DNA of 64,000 nt from IMG/VR virus record IMGVR_UViG_3300010354_000003, positions 4,677 through 68,676 of that record; one strand, given 5' to 3'. The stretch is from a virus. Positions 1 to 9,565 of the stretch are shown here, one piece after another. Every line of letters begins with the position of its first letter. Within the stretch, counting starts at the first letter, position 1. A program made the position numbers and the translations under genes. The notes under the pieces are model-generated. The model worked only from the letters and a program-made list of their open reading frames with translations, was not told the DNA's origin and did not search any database.

Positions 1-1
1 C

Positions 2-790
2 AACGATGTGGACAAAGCCACTGTAGCTGAACGCGGCACCGAACGGCTTGATCAACTCGTCAACTTGCGACGAGAAGCGGAGGTCTTGACGGATGTCAGC
101 GTTCTGCTTCTTGAGGTAGTTGCTCGTTTCGGGGGAGCAGATGAGCGCGTATTGAGGCTCACCGTCAACCATCGCGTAGTGACCTTCGGCGGAGTCGCGA
201 GCCAGATCAAGGTAGAACTGGTCGAGGATGCCTTGGTCGAGGGCATACTGGGGAACAACAGCCGGAAACGCTTGGTCGGAACCGCTGACGGACATCGCGA
301 GGGTGTCGTTAACGTCGGTAACAACTTTGTTGCCAGCAAGACGGATGAACTCGTCGCGGTAACGGTTGCTCCAGAACCACTGGGCGTTTTCTTTAAGGAC
401 TTTAACCTCGCCAGCCAACTGCTCTTCGGCCTTCCACGCGGTGCGGAGGTCGTTGACGCAGAAACCAGGGCTGCGGATAGCCGCCTGCTGGAGGTTGTAG
501 CTCTTGAGGGTGCGGGCGAAATCAACGGTTTGAGGGGTCGGATTGCAAGAATTGCCCGTCCCGTCGTTGGTTCCGACATCTTCCCAAGCGGTCGAACTGA
601 CGTTGCTGACAGTCGAGCGTTCTTGGATGAGGGTCTGGATGGACTCACCCATGCCAGCAGGGAAAGTGTCCTGCTTGATGAGGCGGTTCCACACATCGGT
701 TCCGATAAGTTTTGCGGAGATCATTTCTCCGATACGGCCAGCTTCTTGCTGGAGTTGCTGATTCACATCAGCGAGATTGTATTGAGACAT
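2..790 (-). CDS. Major capsid protein, N-terminal part; continues past the left edge of the window
   Basis: Manual translation from ATG at 790 gives MSQYNLADVNQQLQQEAGRIGEMISAKLIGTDVWNRLIKQDTFPAGMGESIQTLIQERS..., open to the window edge. It follows portal and scaffold genes. It is missing from the ORF track because no stop codon falls in the window. Confidence 0.85.
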   Translation of the reverse strand, partial: MSQYNLADVNQQLQQEAGRIGEMISAKLIGTDVWNRLIKQDTFPAGMGESIQTLIQERSTVSNVSSTAWEDVGTNDGTGNSCNPTPQTVDFARTLKSYNLQQAAIRSPGFCVNDLRTAWKAEEQLAGEVKVLKENAQWFWSNRYRDEFIRLAGNKVVTDVNDTLAMSVSGSDQAFPAVVPQYALDQGILDQFYLDLARDSAEGHYAMVDGEPQYALICSPETSNYLKKQNADIRQDLRFSSQVDELIKPFGAAFSYSGFVHIV

Positions 791-1031
791 TGTAGTATCT
801 TTCTAAATTATGTTAATTGTAAGTTGGTCGCCAAATCCGCATTTGCGGAAACGGCATCATTTCTCTTATCTCCTCTGAGCCACTTGAGAAGCCCTTGCGG
901 GTTTTTTAAGCTCACAATTATTTGTTACTATGGTTGCGGAACACAGCCTCCGTGCCACCTTTTTCAACAGGTTAGGCAACCCTGCATTGCGAGACTTATT
1001 GTATAAGTTAAAATAATGCAAGAACTATTTA

Positions 1032-1069
1032 AAAGAAAAACGGCTTGCAGTATTTCTACCACAAGCCGT
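1032..1069 (-). terminator. Intrinsic terminator after the scaffold gene
   Basis: Minus strand reads ACGGCTTG-tggtagaaatactg-CAAGCCGT followed by TTTTCTTTT. Confidence 0.65.
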
Positions 1070-1090
1070 CTTAACCATATGACTAACAAA

Positions 1091-2293
1091 CTAAGCAACC
1101 ATTCGCGAAACCATTGATTTCACAAAGTCTTCTGTATCAACTTTTGTGTAGTCTGTTGGCTTTGCGGCTTCTTGCGGTGAACGCGGGGAAGTTCCGCCAG
1201 CAGCGGGTGCCGCCCCACCACGAAGCTTAATGTTTTCTTTCTTTATTGTTTCCAATTCCTTTTGGACACTTGTCAGATGATCCACAAGGTCTGGAAGAAT
1301 TGCCGCTCCTGCAATTCCGTAAACCTTTAGGTCTTCTGGCCAAGAGTCATATCCCATAATCTCCTGTTGCAACTTGGAGATGTCTGGGCGTTTGTCTTCC
1401 GGCAAAATGTTAAAGATTTTTTCTCCAAGCTTCGGAATGACGCTTGTGACGGCAATTTCGCGCTGGGCAAAATATTGTTTATGCTGCTCCTCACGCTCCT
1501 TCATCTCGCGCTGTACCGATGCCTCGTATGCCGCCTTGCTGTTCTCCTCGATCTCTTGCTTTCTGTTGTTGATTGCAAGGAGGTTGTCTGCAAGTTGATA
1601 TACTTTCTGGCGATCCCTATCCGGCCAATCCGCAACAAGCTCTTCCAACTTCTTGCCGTTTCCGTTCACGTCTGCTTCAAGCGCATCGACAATATCAGAC
1701 CCGTCCACTTCGTTCCGCTTGGCGTAGAAGTCCACGTCGTCGAACAACTTGTTCAAAGGTTCCGTGACATACTCCTTATACTCGCGGGAAGCTTGAACGC
1801 GAGTCATATACAACTCTCCGTCAATCGCTTCGCGCTCGGCTTTGATCTCCTCGATCTGCGCCTTGAGTGCGTCAACCTCCTTACTGGTAGACTCAAACTC
1901 ATCTCCGCGCTTCTTCAGTTCGGCAAGTTCTTTCTGCGCAAGCTTCAAATCTTTCTCGGCTTGCTTGAGTTCTTTCCAGCGAACCTTTGACTTTTCGTCA
2001 GCAGGCTGCGGCTCTTCAGTCGTCTCTTCTGTTGCAGTAGATTCCTCCTTAACTGGTTCTACTTTTTCTGTAACGGGTTCCGACTTTTGTTCTGGTTTAT
2101 CTGTATTGGATTCCAACTTGGCTTCCTCTTTAATAGCGTAAGATGGAACTGGTGCCGATGGATTCGGCGGGCGTTCCGTCAACGTGGAGTTGGCATTCAA
2201 GTCGTTCCTCGCGATGGAGTCCAATGCTCCGCGAAGATTGGTAATGGCTGCGTCCGTAGATACGGGCGCTTCTTGTGTGGCTTGTTCGGACAT
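1091..2293 (-). CDS. Putative capsid scaffolding protein
   Basis: 400 aa, acidic low-complexity N-terminus and long coiled coil; lies between portal and capsid genes. Confidence 0.65.
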   Translation of the reverse strand: MSEQATQEAPVSTDAAITNLRGALDSIARNDLNANSTLTERPPNPSAPVPSYAIKEEAKLESNTDKPEQKSEPVTEKVEPVKEESTATEETTEEPQPADEKSKVRWKELKQAEKDLKLAQKELAELKKRGDEFESTSKEVDALKAQIEEIKAEREAIDGELYMTRVQASREYKEYVTEPLNKLFDDVDFYAKRNEVDGSDIVDALEADVNGNGKKLEELVADWPDRDRQKVYQLADNLLAINNRKQEIEENSKAAYEASVQREMKEREEQHKQYFAQREIAVTSVIPKLGEKIFNILPEDKRPDISKLQQEIMGYDSWPEDLKVYGIAGAAILPDLVDHLTSVQKELETIKKENIKLRGGAAPAAGGTSPRSPQEAAKPTDYTKVDTEDFVKSMVSRMVA

Positions 2294-2305
2294 GGTTCCT
2301 TTCTG

Positions 2306-2440
2306 TTATTTTTTGATGCCAGCACGGTGACGCGCACCCCAAGCTTTGCCCTTCTGGGAAACGCTTGACTTGCTGGACATCTTTTTGGATTTGACGACGG
2401 GTGCGGAAATGCGTCCGCTTTCTTTTTGCATTGTTTTCAT
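2306..2440 (-). CDS. Small Lys-rich protein (MKTMQKESG...)
   Basis: The ATG at 2440 follows a GGAG; tightly packed between its neighbours. Confidence 0.5.
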   Translation of the reverse strand: MKTMQKESGRISAPVVKSKKMSSKSSVSQKGKAWGARHRAGIKK

Positions 2441-2444
2441 ATAC

Positions 2445-2816
2445 TTATTTCTCCTGTGGATTGTTGAGTTGTGAGAGCCTTTCGGCCTCGTGGATTTCGT
2501 CAACAGTGTAAAGACCTGTCGCGAAAAGTCTTTCCCTAGCTTGCTTGATGTATTCTTGTTCCAGCTTGCTGTCCTTGACTTGGGGACGCTTCGCTAGACT
2601 TTGCAGCTTGTGGAAGAATTCGTTAGCTCCGATAGACTTGCCAGCCTCCAATGCCAGCACGTCACGCATATCCGCCTCAGGACGCAATACTGGCTCCTTA
2701 GGGAAGGATTCTTGTCGAACAATAACAAAGGCTTCGCGCATAACTGGATCATCCAGCAATGCAGTCAACCTATCGAGCTTGTCTGCGTTGAGTTGGAAAA
2801 GTTGTCTTTGCGTCAT
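2445..2816 (-). CDS. Hypothetical protein downstream of the portal gene
   Basis: 123 aa; ATGA overlap with the portal stop codon. Confidence 0.7.
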   Translation of the reverse strand: MTQRQLFQLNADKLDRLTALLDDPVMREAFVIVRQESFPKEPVLRPEADMRDVLALEAGKSIGANEFFHKLQSLAKRPQVKDSKLEQEYIKQARERLFATGLYTVDEIHEAERLSQLNNPQEK

Positions 2817-5125
2817 GCCCGAATTCCTTCGCGCTGGATTTTGCTCGCAGCCTCCGCATCACGGATCGCAAGCTTTTGGTTTGCTTCTTGTTGCTTCATA
2901 ATCATCTTCTGTTGGTGTGTTTGGTAGTCCATTTCCAACTTGGCTTGACGCTCGGCACGTTGGGCCTCAATCTTTGCAAGGACATCGGGAGGAACCCCTC
3001 CTGCTGTAGCCTCGACCGCTTGACCTTGTGCCATAGCGGCCTGCTGGGCCTGCATCTCTTGGGCCTGTAGTTTCTGAACCTTGAGTGTTCCGTTGTGCAG
3101 AATTTCGTCAGCTTGCTGGAGCATCTTGCGGAACATGGCAGCCTCTTGACGCAGAAGCGGGTCTTGAGACATGCGCTCGACGTGTTGAGCCATGTGTCCG
3201 TTAAGGTTGTTGATGCCTGGCAATGTCTGGGCAATAGACATCGGATCGACTTCAAGTGCGTCTTGAGCTTGCGTAACAAGCGGGTTGAGTGCTTGGGCGT
3301 GAACCTTGGCATGAACAAGATCGTTCTGGCCGTCAATGACAGCAATTTGTCCGCCTTGCACTAGAACGTTGTTTTCCACTTGAGCAAGAGAAGCATCCCA
3401 TGTGGGCGTCTCCGTTGCGCCAGGCTGTATTGCGTAACGTGCTGCATTCTCGTATCCAGCGGTTTCCGAAGCAATATCCCAAACAAGGTTCTGTTTACCG
3501 AAATCCGGCAGCGAACCGAATATAGCCATAAGCCTATCGTAAGCAATCATACGTGCTGCCTCCGAGCCAGCACCGACAGGCTTGGTAACGCGAAGGCGAT
3601 CCGTATCAAGCGCAAAGAATGCTTGCAGATATCTGTCTTTGGCGCCCACTCCCTCCGATCCTCGCATAAGCAAACGTTTGTGAAGCTGCGAGATATAAGT
3701 GCCGCCAGGCTCCAGCGCATCGTAGTCACGGCGCTTCATCCGCTTAATCATCTCACGCATCAAACTCTCCCACGGGTCGAAGAACAAATTCAAAGCTGAC
3801 ACGCTCATTTTAGCAATATTGCTAAGTTCAGCGCGTACTTGTGTAGCCGACTTCTCGATGCTTGTGTTTACCAAAGACTCCGTGTTGTAGGCAGACGTCC
3901 TCTCGCGGAACAACTGGGTAAATGCGTTAACAATCGGCAGGGTTCCGTTAGATACGTTGGGAACTATAGTATCCTTAATGACCTCAATTCCTGGAGAAAG
4001 CAAATTGTAGACTCCATTTGGGATGAATTGCATCTCCTGCAATGCCGTCTCGTCTTTGGGCTGGAACGTGGGGGCGGAACCAAACGATGCAATCTCCAGC
4101 AGCGAACAGTATGCGCGGTTAAGCGCACCGTTAATTGCGAACACATCATAACCTTGTCCGCGTATGCCATGATAGTATCCGTTAGTTCCGACTCCGTATG
4201 TAAAGACTGTATACGCTTGATACGCATTCTCAAAGCGCCCGATCTTCTTGTATAGGAAGTCTTGCGCTCCGTTGTCGTCCACAATCATAAAGTGCGAAAC
4301 CTTGTCGTCAAACTCCTTGACCCACAAATGCACAACCCGGATCGATTGCTGGTTCGCGGCTTGCGTGGTAAAATACAAGTCGTTGTTGCGAAGCTCAATT
4401 TCAAGCTTCTCCCAATCGTATTGGCGGAAGTTATAATAATTGTTGTTATTGTTGACGCACTGGATAATTGCACGACGACACGCCTCCACGTTGAATCCAT
4501 TGATGGTGGCAGTCTCCTCGTCCTTAATCAGTTGGTAAAGCTGTGTTGGGCTGTAGAATCGCAAGCAAGCAGCCACATCGATATTCTCTTGCCCAACCTC
4601 TGTCTTGCGGGGAATTTTGAAGTCTGACATATCGGTGGCTTTCCACCGCCAGTCCCACTCGTCGTTGAACAAAGCAATTCCTACGCCGTGTTTGATGAAC
4701 GCGTTGCAAAGTTTCAAATAGGTCGGGAAGAAGTTGCGCCACGAACGGATGCAGGCAGTAACTTCTTGGGCAACAACATTCTCAAGCTCGTCGCGCTCGA
4801 CTTGAGGCCCGTAAGTAGTCGGGCAACTGAAGAACGTTTGGGGAGCGTTGATGATGTCGGTATATCCCGCAAGGGCTGTATCCAAGACTTGCTTGGCGAA
4901 TCCCCACGACACGTTAACGCGATAACCTTGTCCCGCGTTGATAAGCGCCCTCTCGTCGTAGGGTCGCTCGTTGTCGTAAGCCGCGTCAATCTTGCTGCGG
5001 TCAAATGCCGATACGGCATCCGCTCGTCGTAGTGTCTCCCAAACCTCATAGGCGCTCTTGGCGTCTTTTATCCTCGATACGGGCGGTTTGCCCGACTCGG
5101 AAATTGTTTCCAATACATCGCTCAT
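2813..5125 (-). CDS. Portal (head-tail connector) protein
   Basis: 770 aa, helical, Gln-rich coiled-coil C-terminus, 'DNDLVHAKVH'-type segment; position upstream of scaffold and capsid. Confidence 0.8.
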   Translation of the reverse strand: MSDVLETISESGKPPVSRIKDAKSAYEVWETLRRADAVSAFDRSKIDAAYDNERPYDERALINAGQGYRVNVSWGFAKQVLDTALAGYTDIINAPQTFFSCPTTYGPQVERDELENVVAQEVTACIRSWRNFFPTYLKLCNAFIKHGVGIALFNDEWDWRWKATDMSDFKIPRKTEVGQENIDVAACLRFYSPTQLYQLIKDEETATINGFNVEACRRAIIQCVNNNNNYYNFRQYDWEKLEIELRNNDLYFTTQAANQQSIRVVHLWVKEFDDKVSHFMIVDDNGAQDFLYKKIGRFENAYQAYTVFTYGVGTNGYYHGIRGQGYDVFAINGALNRAYCSLLEIASFGSAPTFQPKDETALQEMQFIPNGVYNLLSPGIEVIKDTIVPNVSNGTLPIVNAFTQLFRERTSAYNTESLVNTSIEKSATQVRAELSNIAKMSVSALNLFFDPWESLMREMIKRMKRRDYDALEPGGTYISQLHKRLLMRGSEGVGAKDRYLQAFFALDTDRLRVTKPVGAGSEAARMIAYDRLMAIFGSLPDFGKQNLVWDIASETAGYENAARYAIQPGATETPTWDASLAQVENNVLVQGGQIAVIDGQNDLVHAKVHAQALNPLVTQAQDALEVDPMSIAQTLPGINNLNGHMAQHVERMSQDPLLRQEAAMFRKMLQQADEILHNGTLKVQKLQAQEMQAQQAAMAQGQAVEATAGGVPPDVLAKIEAQRAERQAKLEMDYQTHQQKMIMKQQEANQKLAIRDAEAASKIQREGIRA

Positions 5126-6066
5126 TTATTGTCCTTTTCTTTGCGATCCTTGAATAATCCGAAAAATGTCTTTGGCTTTTGCTTGCGCTCCTCGCGCTCC
5201 TCGCGCTCCTCAAGCTCTTCTGCAATTTGCTCGGCATCTTCAATGGATACTTGTGTCGCTACTTTCATTTCTTTGTTGAAATTATTGTCTTCTTTTTTCA
5301 ACATCAACTTGAGAAGCGATCCATCTTTGCACCCGTGAACAAGAACAGCGTCCTTGTTGACTGGTTTGTTGAAATGGACGTCCCAAGCCAAGTTGGCAAT
5401 TGAATCACATACAATAACATCTTTCTCTTTGCGATAGTTTTTTGTTCTCCAATTATTTTGGATCAATTCCGTGTTTGCAAGGGATGGTGTAGTATACCAT
5501 TGGATGACCGATGACCAATGACGCCTCGTTGCAGACAACGAAGATAGAACAGGGATGGAACAGATTTCCGTTGAGTAGATTCCAATAGGAGCCATGCGGC
5601 TTCCAGAAACGGATTCGGGCAAAAGTTCTCCATTGTTGCCTTCGTAGTTTCGTTCCTTGTTTCCAAAGTAAATGAATGGCTCGCGCCCTGCTTTTGCCGC
5701 CCTTGTTGTGTCTGCATAATATTCTTGCGACAAGATATCCAGCCAGTGGTCGCTGACTGGCGTACTGTCCAATTCAAACCACAAAAACGCATCGTCTTCG
5801 CCTTTGTTAAGATGGTAACAAGTCTGCTGCCAATAGTGGTTGCAAGCCATAGGCCAACCATAATTATTGTTTTCAATAATCAATTTTTCTGAAGATTCAA
5901 ATTTGCTGCCTATGTTTTCAAGAATGGAATCCACATCAGCTTGAACTTCTTTAGAACCCACCACAAGCAAATCGTTATCAGGGCAAATTTCGTATTTCTC
6001 AAAAGCAGCATAGAGATTTGGAATTAGTTCTTTGTCTGACTCTGATACAGGTATAACAAGCTTCAT
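5122..6066 (-). CDS. Putative GT-A-fold glycosyltransferase-like protein (paralog of 8439..9020)
   Basis: MKLVIPV start, FLWFELDSTP (ExD) motif, C-terminal 'DAVLVHGCK'. Confidence 0.5.
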   Translation of the reverse strand: MKLVIPVSESDKELIPNLYAAFEKYEICPDNDLLVVGSKEVQADVDSILENIGSKFESSEKLIIENNNYGWPMACNHYWQQTCYHLNKGEDDAFLWFELDSTPVSDHWLDILSQEYYADTTRAAKAGREPFIYFGNKERNYEGNNGELLPESVSGSRMAPIGIYSTEICSIPVLSSLSATRRHWSSVIQWYTTPSLANTELIQNNWRTKNYRKEKDVIVCDSIANLAWDVHFNKPVNKDAVLVHGCKDGSLLKLMLKKEDNNFNKEMKVATQVSIEDAEQIAEELEEREEREERKQKPKTFFGLFKDRKEKDNK

Positions 6067-6422
6067 TAGAATAACATTGAAAAGGTTGCTTTAAATTTGA
6101 TGGGTCGCGAAGGTTTGGAATCCTCGATAAACTCTTGGCAGTTTACTTGTCTCCAAACGCTGCGAGGCATAAAGAAGCCATACTCGTAAATACCGCGAGA
6201 TATAATGATAACCTTAAAACCCGCACGATCCAACTGGAACTGCGATCCCTTGAGTGAACGCTTAACAGCCAAAGCCAAAGGACTGTTAATAGGATCGTGC
6301 TTAGTGCCGTTATCATAATCTTCGGGCGTAACTTGAATGTCGAAAGTAACATCCTCGCGTTTCTCGTCAATAAACTTTTCGGCCTTCGTTTTTTCCAGAC
6401 CGAGGGCTTGCAGGAGTGTCAT
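6066..6422 (-). CDS. Hypothetical protein (MTLLQALG..., 118 aa)
   Basis: ATG at 6422 overlaps the TGA of the upstream small ORF, a better start than the track's 6521. Confidence 0.6.
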   Translation of the reverse strand: MTLLQALGLEKTKAEKFIDEKREDVTFDIQVTPEDYDNGTKHDPINSPLALAVKRSLKGSQFQLDRAGFKVIIISRGIYEYGFFMPRSVWRQVNCQEFIEDSKPSRPIKFKATFSMLF

Positions 6423-6577
6423 ACCATTCCGGCTTCTTTCTTCGCTTTTGCGATCTCTTTCTTCAACCAACCCGTGAAGGTGGTTCCTTTCATCAGAAGC
6501 CAAGCCCGAAAGAACTTCCAATCATCGGGAGGCAGCTTGGCAACCGTGCGGTGCTTTTCCTCTTTTGCGTTTGACAT
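6419..6577 (-). CDS. 52-aa small basic protein, possibly ribbon-helix-helix (MSNAKEEKHRTVAKLPPDDWKFFRAWLLMKGTTFTGWLKKEI...)
   Basis: Manual translation; ATGA-coupled to the next gene; preceded by TTGCAA-N16-TATAAC on the minus strand. Confidence 0.55.
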   Translation of the reverse strand: MSNAKEEKHRTVAKLPPDDWKFFRAWLLMKGTTFTGWLKKEIAKAKKEAGMV

Positions 6578-6624
6578 GGTGCATAGTTATACACTAACAC
6601 ATACGGGTTGCAACAAATATTTTA

Positions 6625-8442
6625 ATGAAAGCGAACGAGGGAGTCAGCGCCCCCATCTACGGCGATCCGATTGAGGGCTACAAACACAAGTATGGATTCA
6701 ACTGGCGCAAGGGAACACACGACCTTGCGATTGAGTTGGCGATGTTCCGCGAGAAGATTACCAGACGCATTCCAGATGACATCGGCAAAGCCAAGACACA
6801 CGAACATTTCTTGGCAATTTCCAAGGCTCTGTGGCCCGAGCGTGACGCAAAAGTTCCTGCAAACTTCATCTGGCACCCGTGGGCGATGCGAATGCTGGAG
6901 GCTTCTTGCAAGCACGACTACCTTGCGATTGCTGGAAGTGGCGGTTTTGGAAAGTCTGAATTCTATGCCATCTGGGCAATTATTAACTACTTAGCCGACC
7001 CAGAGAACACGATTGTCCTAGCCACCTCTACAACAATCAAGGCATCCAAGCAACGTATCTGGGGTAAGATTGTGAAGTATTGGCAGATTTGCGAACAGCT
7101 TGGACTGCCAGGCAAGCTTGTGGATTCCCTAAACACAATCCGCTACGTGGACTCCAAGGGCAAGGCGAGCAAGGGTGATCTGTCTGGAATTACTTTGATA
7201 CCTGGCGAAAAGAAGAAAGAGAAAGATGCCACTGGCAAGATGCAAGGTATCCACCAAAAGAACGTGATCTTCGTTGCTGACGAGTTGTCTGAACTCTCCG
7301 AGGCAATTACCGAGGTTGCCTTCTACAACTTGTCAAAAGGTTGCGAACGCTTTCAATTTATTGGTATCTCCAACCCAGCCTCGTATGTAGATGCTTTTGG
7401 AAAGTTTGCAAAACCTAAAGACGGTTGGGATAGCATTACAGTCGAGGATGATGATTGGGAAACTGAGCGTGGCGTTTGCTTGCATTTTGATACGCTAAAG
7501 AATCCGAATATGGAGCGGGGTAAAAAGTATTACCCGTGGATGGATGGACCAGAGGACTTGGAGAAAGTCCCAGTATCTGAAAGAAATACTGCGTCATATT
7601 GGCGCATGTATCGCGGGTTCTGGTGTCCGGCTGGCGTTACAGATCAAATCTACTCTGAAGTGGAAATTGTTAACTCCAAGGCTTTGGACAAAGCAATCTG
7701 GCTGGATAACGAGTTTGTGCGCGTTGCGTTTCTTGACCCATCCTTCACAAACGGTGGCGATAGGGCGATCCTATATTTTGGAACTGTTGGTAAACTGACC
7801 GAACCTTACGGATACAAGGGTTTACAATACGACGAGTTCTTGAAGTTTGCCGAGGATGTTACCGACCAATCTTCCACACGAACAGAACAGATTGTTCGAT
7901 GGTTTAGGGATGAATGCGTAAAACGCGGCGTCCAACCCCGCAGTGCTGGATACGACAAGTCTGGTGCTGGCGGACCGCTGGGAGATGTTATTTCCATCGC
8001 TTGGAGCAAGGATGTTTACGGACTCCAGTTCGGTGGCAAGGCTTCGGATAAACCAGTATCCGCCTACGACCAGACTCCGGCACACGAACGGTATGTGAAC
8101 TCCGTCTCCGAGATTTGGTATTCGCTGAAGGAGTACATGCGGGCTGGACAGATTCGCGGTATATCAAATGAGATGATGCAAGAGATGTGCCAGCGAAAGT
8201 TGGACAAGCACGGCATTAAGGACTTGAACCTACGCATAAAAGTTATGCCGAAATCCGAGATGAAACTAACATACGGCATGTCTCCAGACATTGCTGACGC
8301 AGGAATGGGCCTCCTTGCCCTTTGCAGGGAGCGGTTGGGGCTGGACAGCACGACTGTTACAAAAGCGATAAATACGAACAATAAGGCTGAAAGCAAGGGG
8401 TGGAAGCAAGCATTCAGCAAGTTCAGAACTATTTACCGTTAA
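6625..8442 (+). CDS. terL: Terminase large subunit
   Basis: Walker A GSGGFGKS, Walker B IFVADE, coupling motif ISNP, nuclease motifs FLDPSFTNGGD and SPDIADA. Confidence 0.93.
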   Translation: MKANEGVSAPIYGDPIEGYKHKYGFNWRKGTHDLAIELAMFREKITRRIPDDIGKAKTHEHFLAISKALWPERDAKVPANFIWHPWAMRMLEASCKHDYLAIAGSGGFGKSEFYAIWAIINYLADPENTIVLATSTTIKASKQRIWGKIVKYWQICEQLGLPGKLVDSLNTIRYVDSKGKASKGDLSGITLIPGEKKKEKDATGKMQGIHQKNVIFVADELSELSEAITEVAFYNLSKGCERFQFIGISNPASYVDAFGKFAKPKDGWDSITVEDDDWETERGVCLHFDTLKNPNMERGKKYYPWMDGPEDLEKVPVSERNTASYWRMYRGFWCPAGVTDQIYSEVEIVNSKALDKAIWLDNEFVRVAFLDPSFTNGGDRAILYFGTVGKLTEPYGYKGLQYDEFLKFAEDVTDQSSTRTEQIVRWFRDECVKRGVQPRSAGYDKSGAGGPLGDVISIAWSKDVYGLQFGGKASDKPVSAYDQTPAHERYVNSVSEIWYSLKEYMRAGQIRGISNEMMQEMCQRKLDKHGIKDLNLRIKVMPKSEMKLTYGMSPDIADAGMGLLALCRERLGLDSTTVTKAINTNNKAESKGWKQAFSKFRTIYR

Positions 8443-9020
8443 CCAATAAGTCCTTGGAATTTGTCGCGGTGGAAGATAACTGCATCTTCACGCAATAAAT
8501 GGCGATCCCTCGGGAAGATATGCGGCTCGCATTTGCCGCCATCGTAACGCGCGTAGGTATGCTGGATAAGCGGTGTAAATGAGATTAGCGGTTTGATGTT
8601 TTTAATCATCCACCCATCCCATCCGTCTGCTTTGATCCCAGCCGGAATAAGCTTTCTTGCAAGCTTGCCATACACGCCTATGCCGCCAACAAGATCATGC
8701 GGTGGATGCGTGTCGCTGGACAACATAATGTCACTGCCAAACCTATGATATTCCCTTGCGAGAATTCCAGCCCATCCGATACGAAGCGGAATGCTGTCCG
8801 GTTCCAACCAAATAAATGGAGTGTCGCCCATGCAATTGAATGCCTGCTGCAATGCGTGGTTGTTCCTCTCTGGGTATGATGTGACCTTCTCGTCGTTCTG
8901 GATGACAATGACATCTGTCCCGTCCAGCCAGCGGCAGTATTCCACAAGCTTGTCCACCTCCTTAACTTGGCTCTTCGCTTTAACAATTACAACTTGCATA
9001 GGACTAACTCTATAAAACAC
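8439..9020 (-). CDS. Putative GT-A-fold glycosyltransferase-like protein
   Basis: FIWLEPDSIP, GGIGVY and DAVIFHRDK align by eye with 5122..6066. Confidence 0.5.
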   Translation of the reverse strand: MFYRVSPMQVVIVKAKSQVKEVDKLVEYCRWLDGTDVIVIQNDEKVTSYPERNNHALQQAFNCMGDTPFIWLEPDSIPLRIGWAGILAREYHRFGSDIMLSSDTHPPHDLVGGIGVYGKLARKLIPAGIKADGWDGWMIKNIKPLISFTPLIQHTYARYDGGKCEPHIFPRDRHLLREDAVIFHRDKFQGLIG

Positions 9021-9565
9021 TCTACTCCTTTTGCTTCTTCAAATGTTTGGTCTACGCTTGGGGATAAGTTGTAGTCGTAGTTGTTGTCCACAAGGATAGC
9101 CCGTTTTGCATAGGCATACGGACTGACATGCTCCAAGAAAGCGTGGATATTGACGTGGCGCTGGGATGGACTTGTTTCGTGCGTGAAACTCCAAGTGCTT
9201 TTGTGGTCTGGGTTGTATCGCGATGGCCACACCTTTCCCTCGTATAAAGACCAATCTGGGACAGAAACCACTGCATGCCCTCCGCTCTTAACAATCTTCA
9301 ACCATTCCAGTATTGCATCAAATGGGTTGTGCATGTGTTCCAAACACTGGGATGCATGCAGGTAATCAAATTGTTTTGTAAAGTATTTGGAGATAACATT
9401 TGCGTCCCCATGCTCCAAATCAAAAGCAATGCAATCATTATACCAAATCTTGTCGGGACCGCATCCAACATCAATACCCTCTCCCTTGAAAATATCGCTC
9501 CAGTTGAATATGCCAAGCTTGTCTTCCACAAGCCTTCTCCTCATTGCCTTGCTGGTTTCGTTCAT
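8987..9565 (-). CDS. Class I SAM-dependent methyltransferase
   Basis: GIDVGCG motif I, FDYLHASQCLEH, VKSGGHAVVSVPD. Confidence 0.88.
   Translation of the reverse strand: MNETSKAMRRRLVEDKLGIFNWSDIFKGEGIDVGCGPDKIWYNDCIAFDLEHGDANVISKYFTKQFDYLHASQCLEHMHNPFDAILEWLKIVKSGGHAVVSVPDWSLYEGKVWPSRYNPDHKSTWSFTHETSPSQRHVNIHAFLEHVSPYAYAKRAILVDNNYDYNLSPSVDQTFEEAKGVECFIELVLCKL

Noticed and set aside
8-1006. 332-aa + strand ORF and the 52..696 minus-strand ORF
   Set aside because: These are antisense and off-frame shadows of the capsid gene, which uses another minus-strand frame starting at 790.
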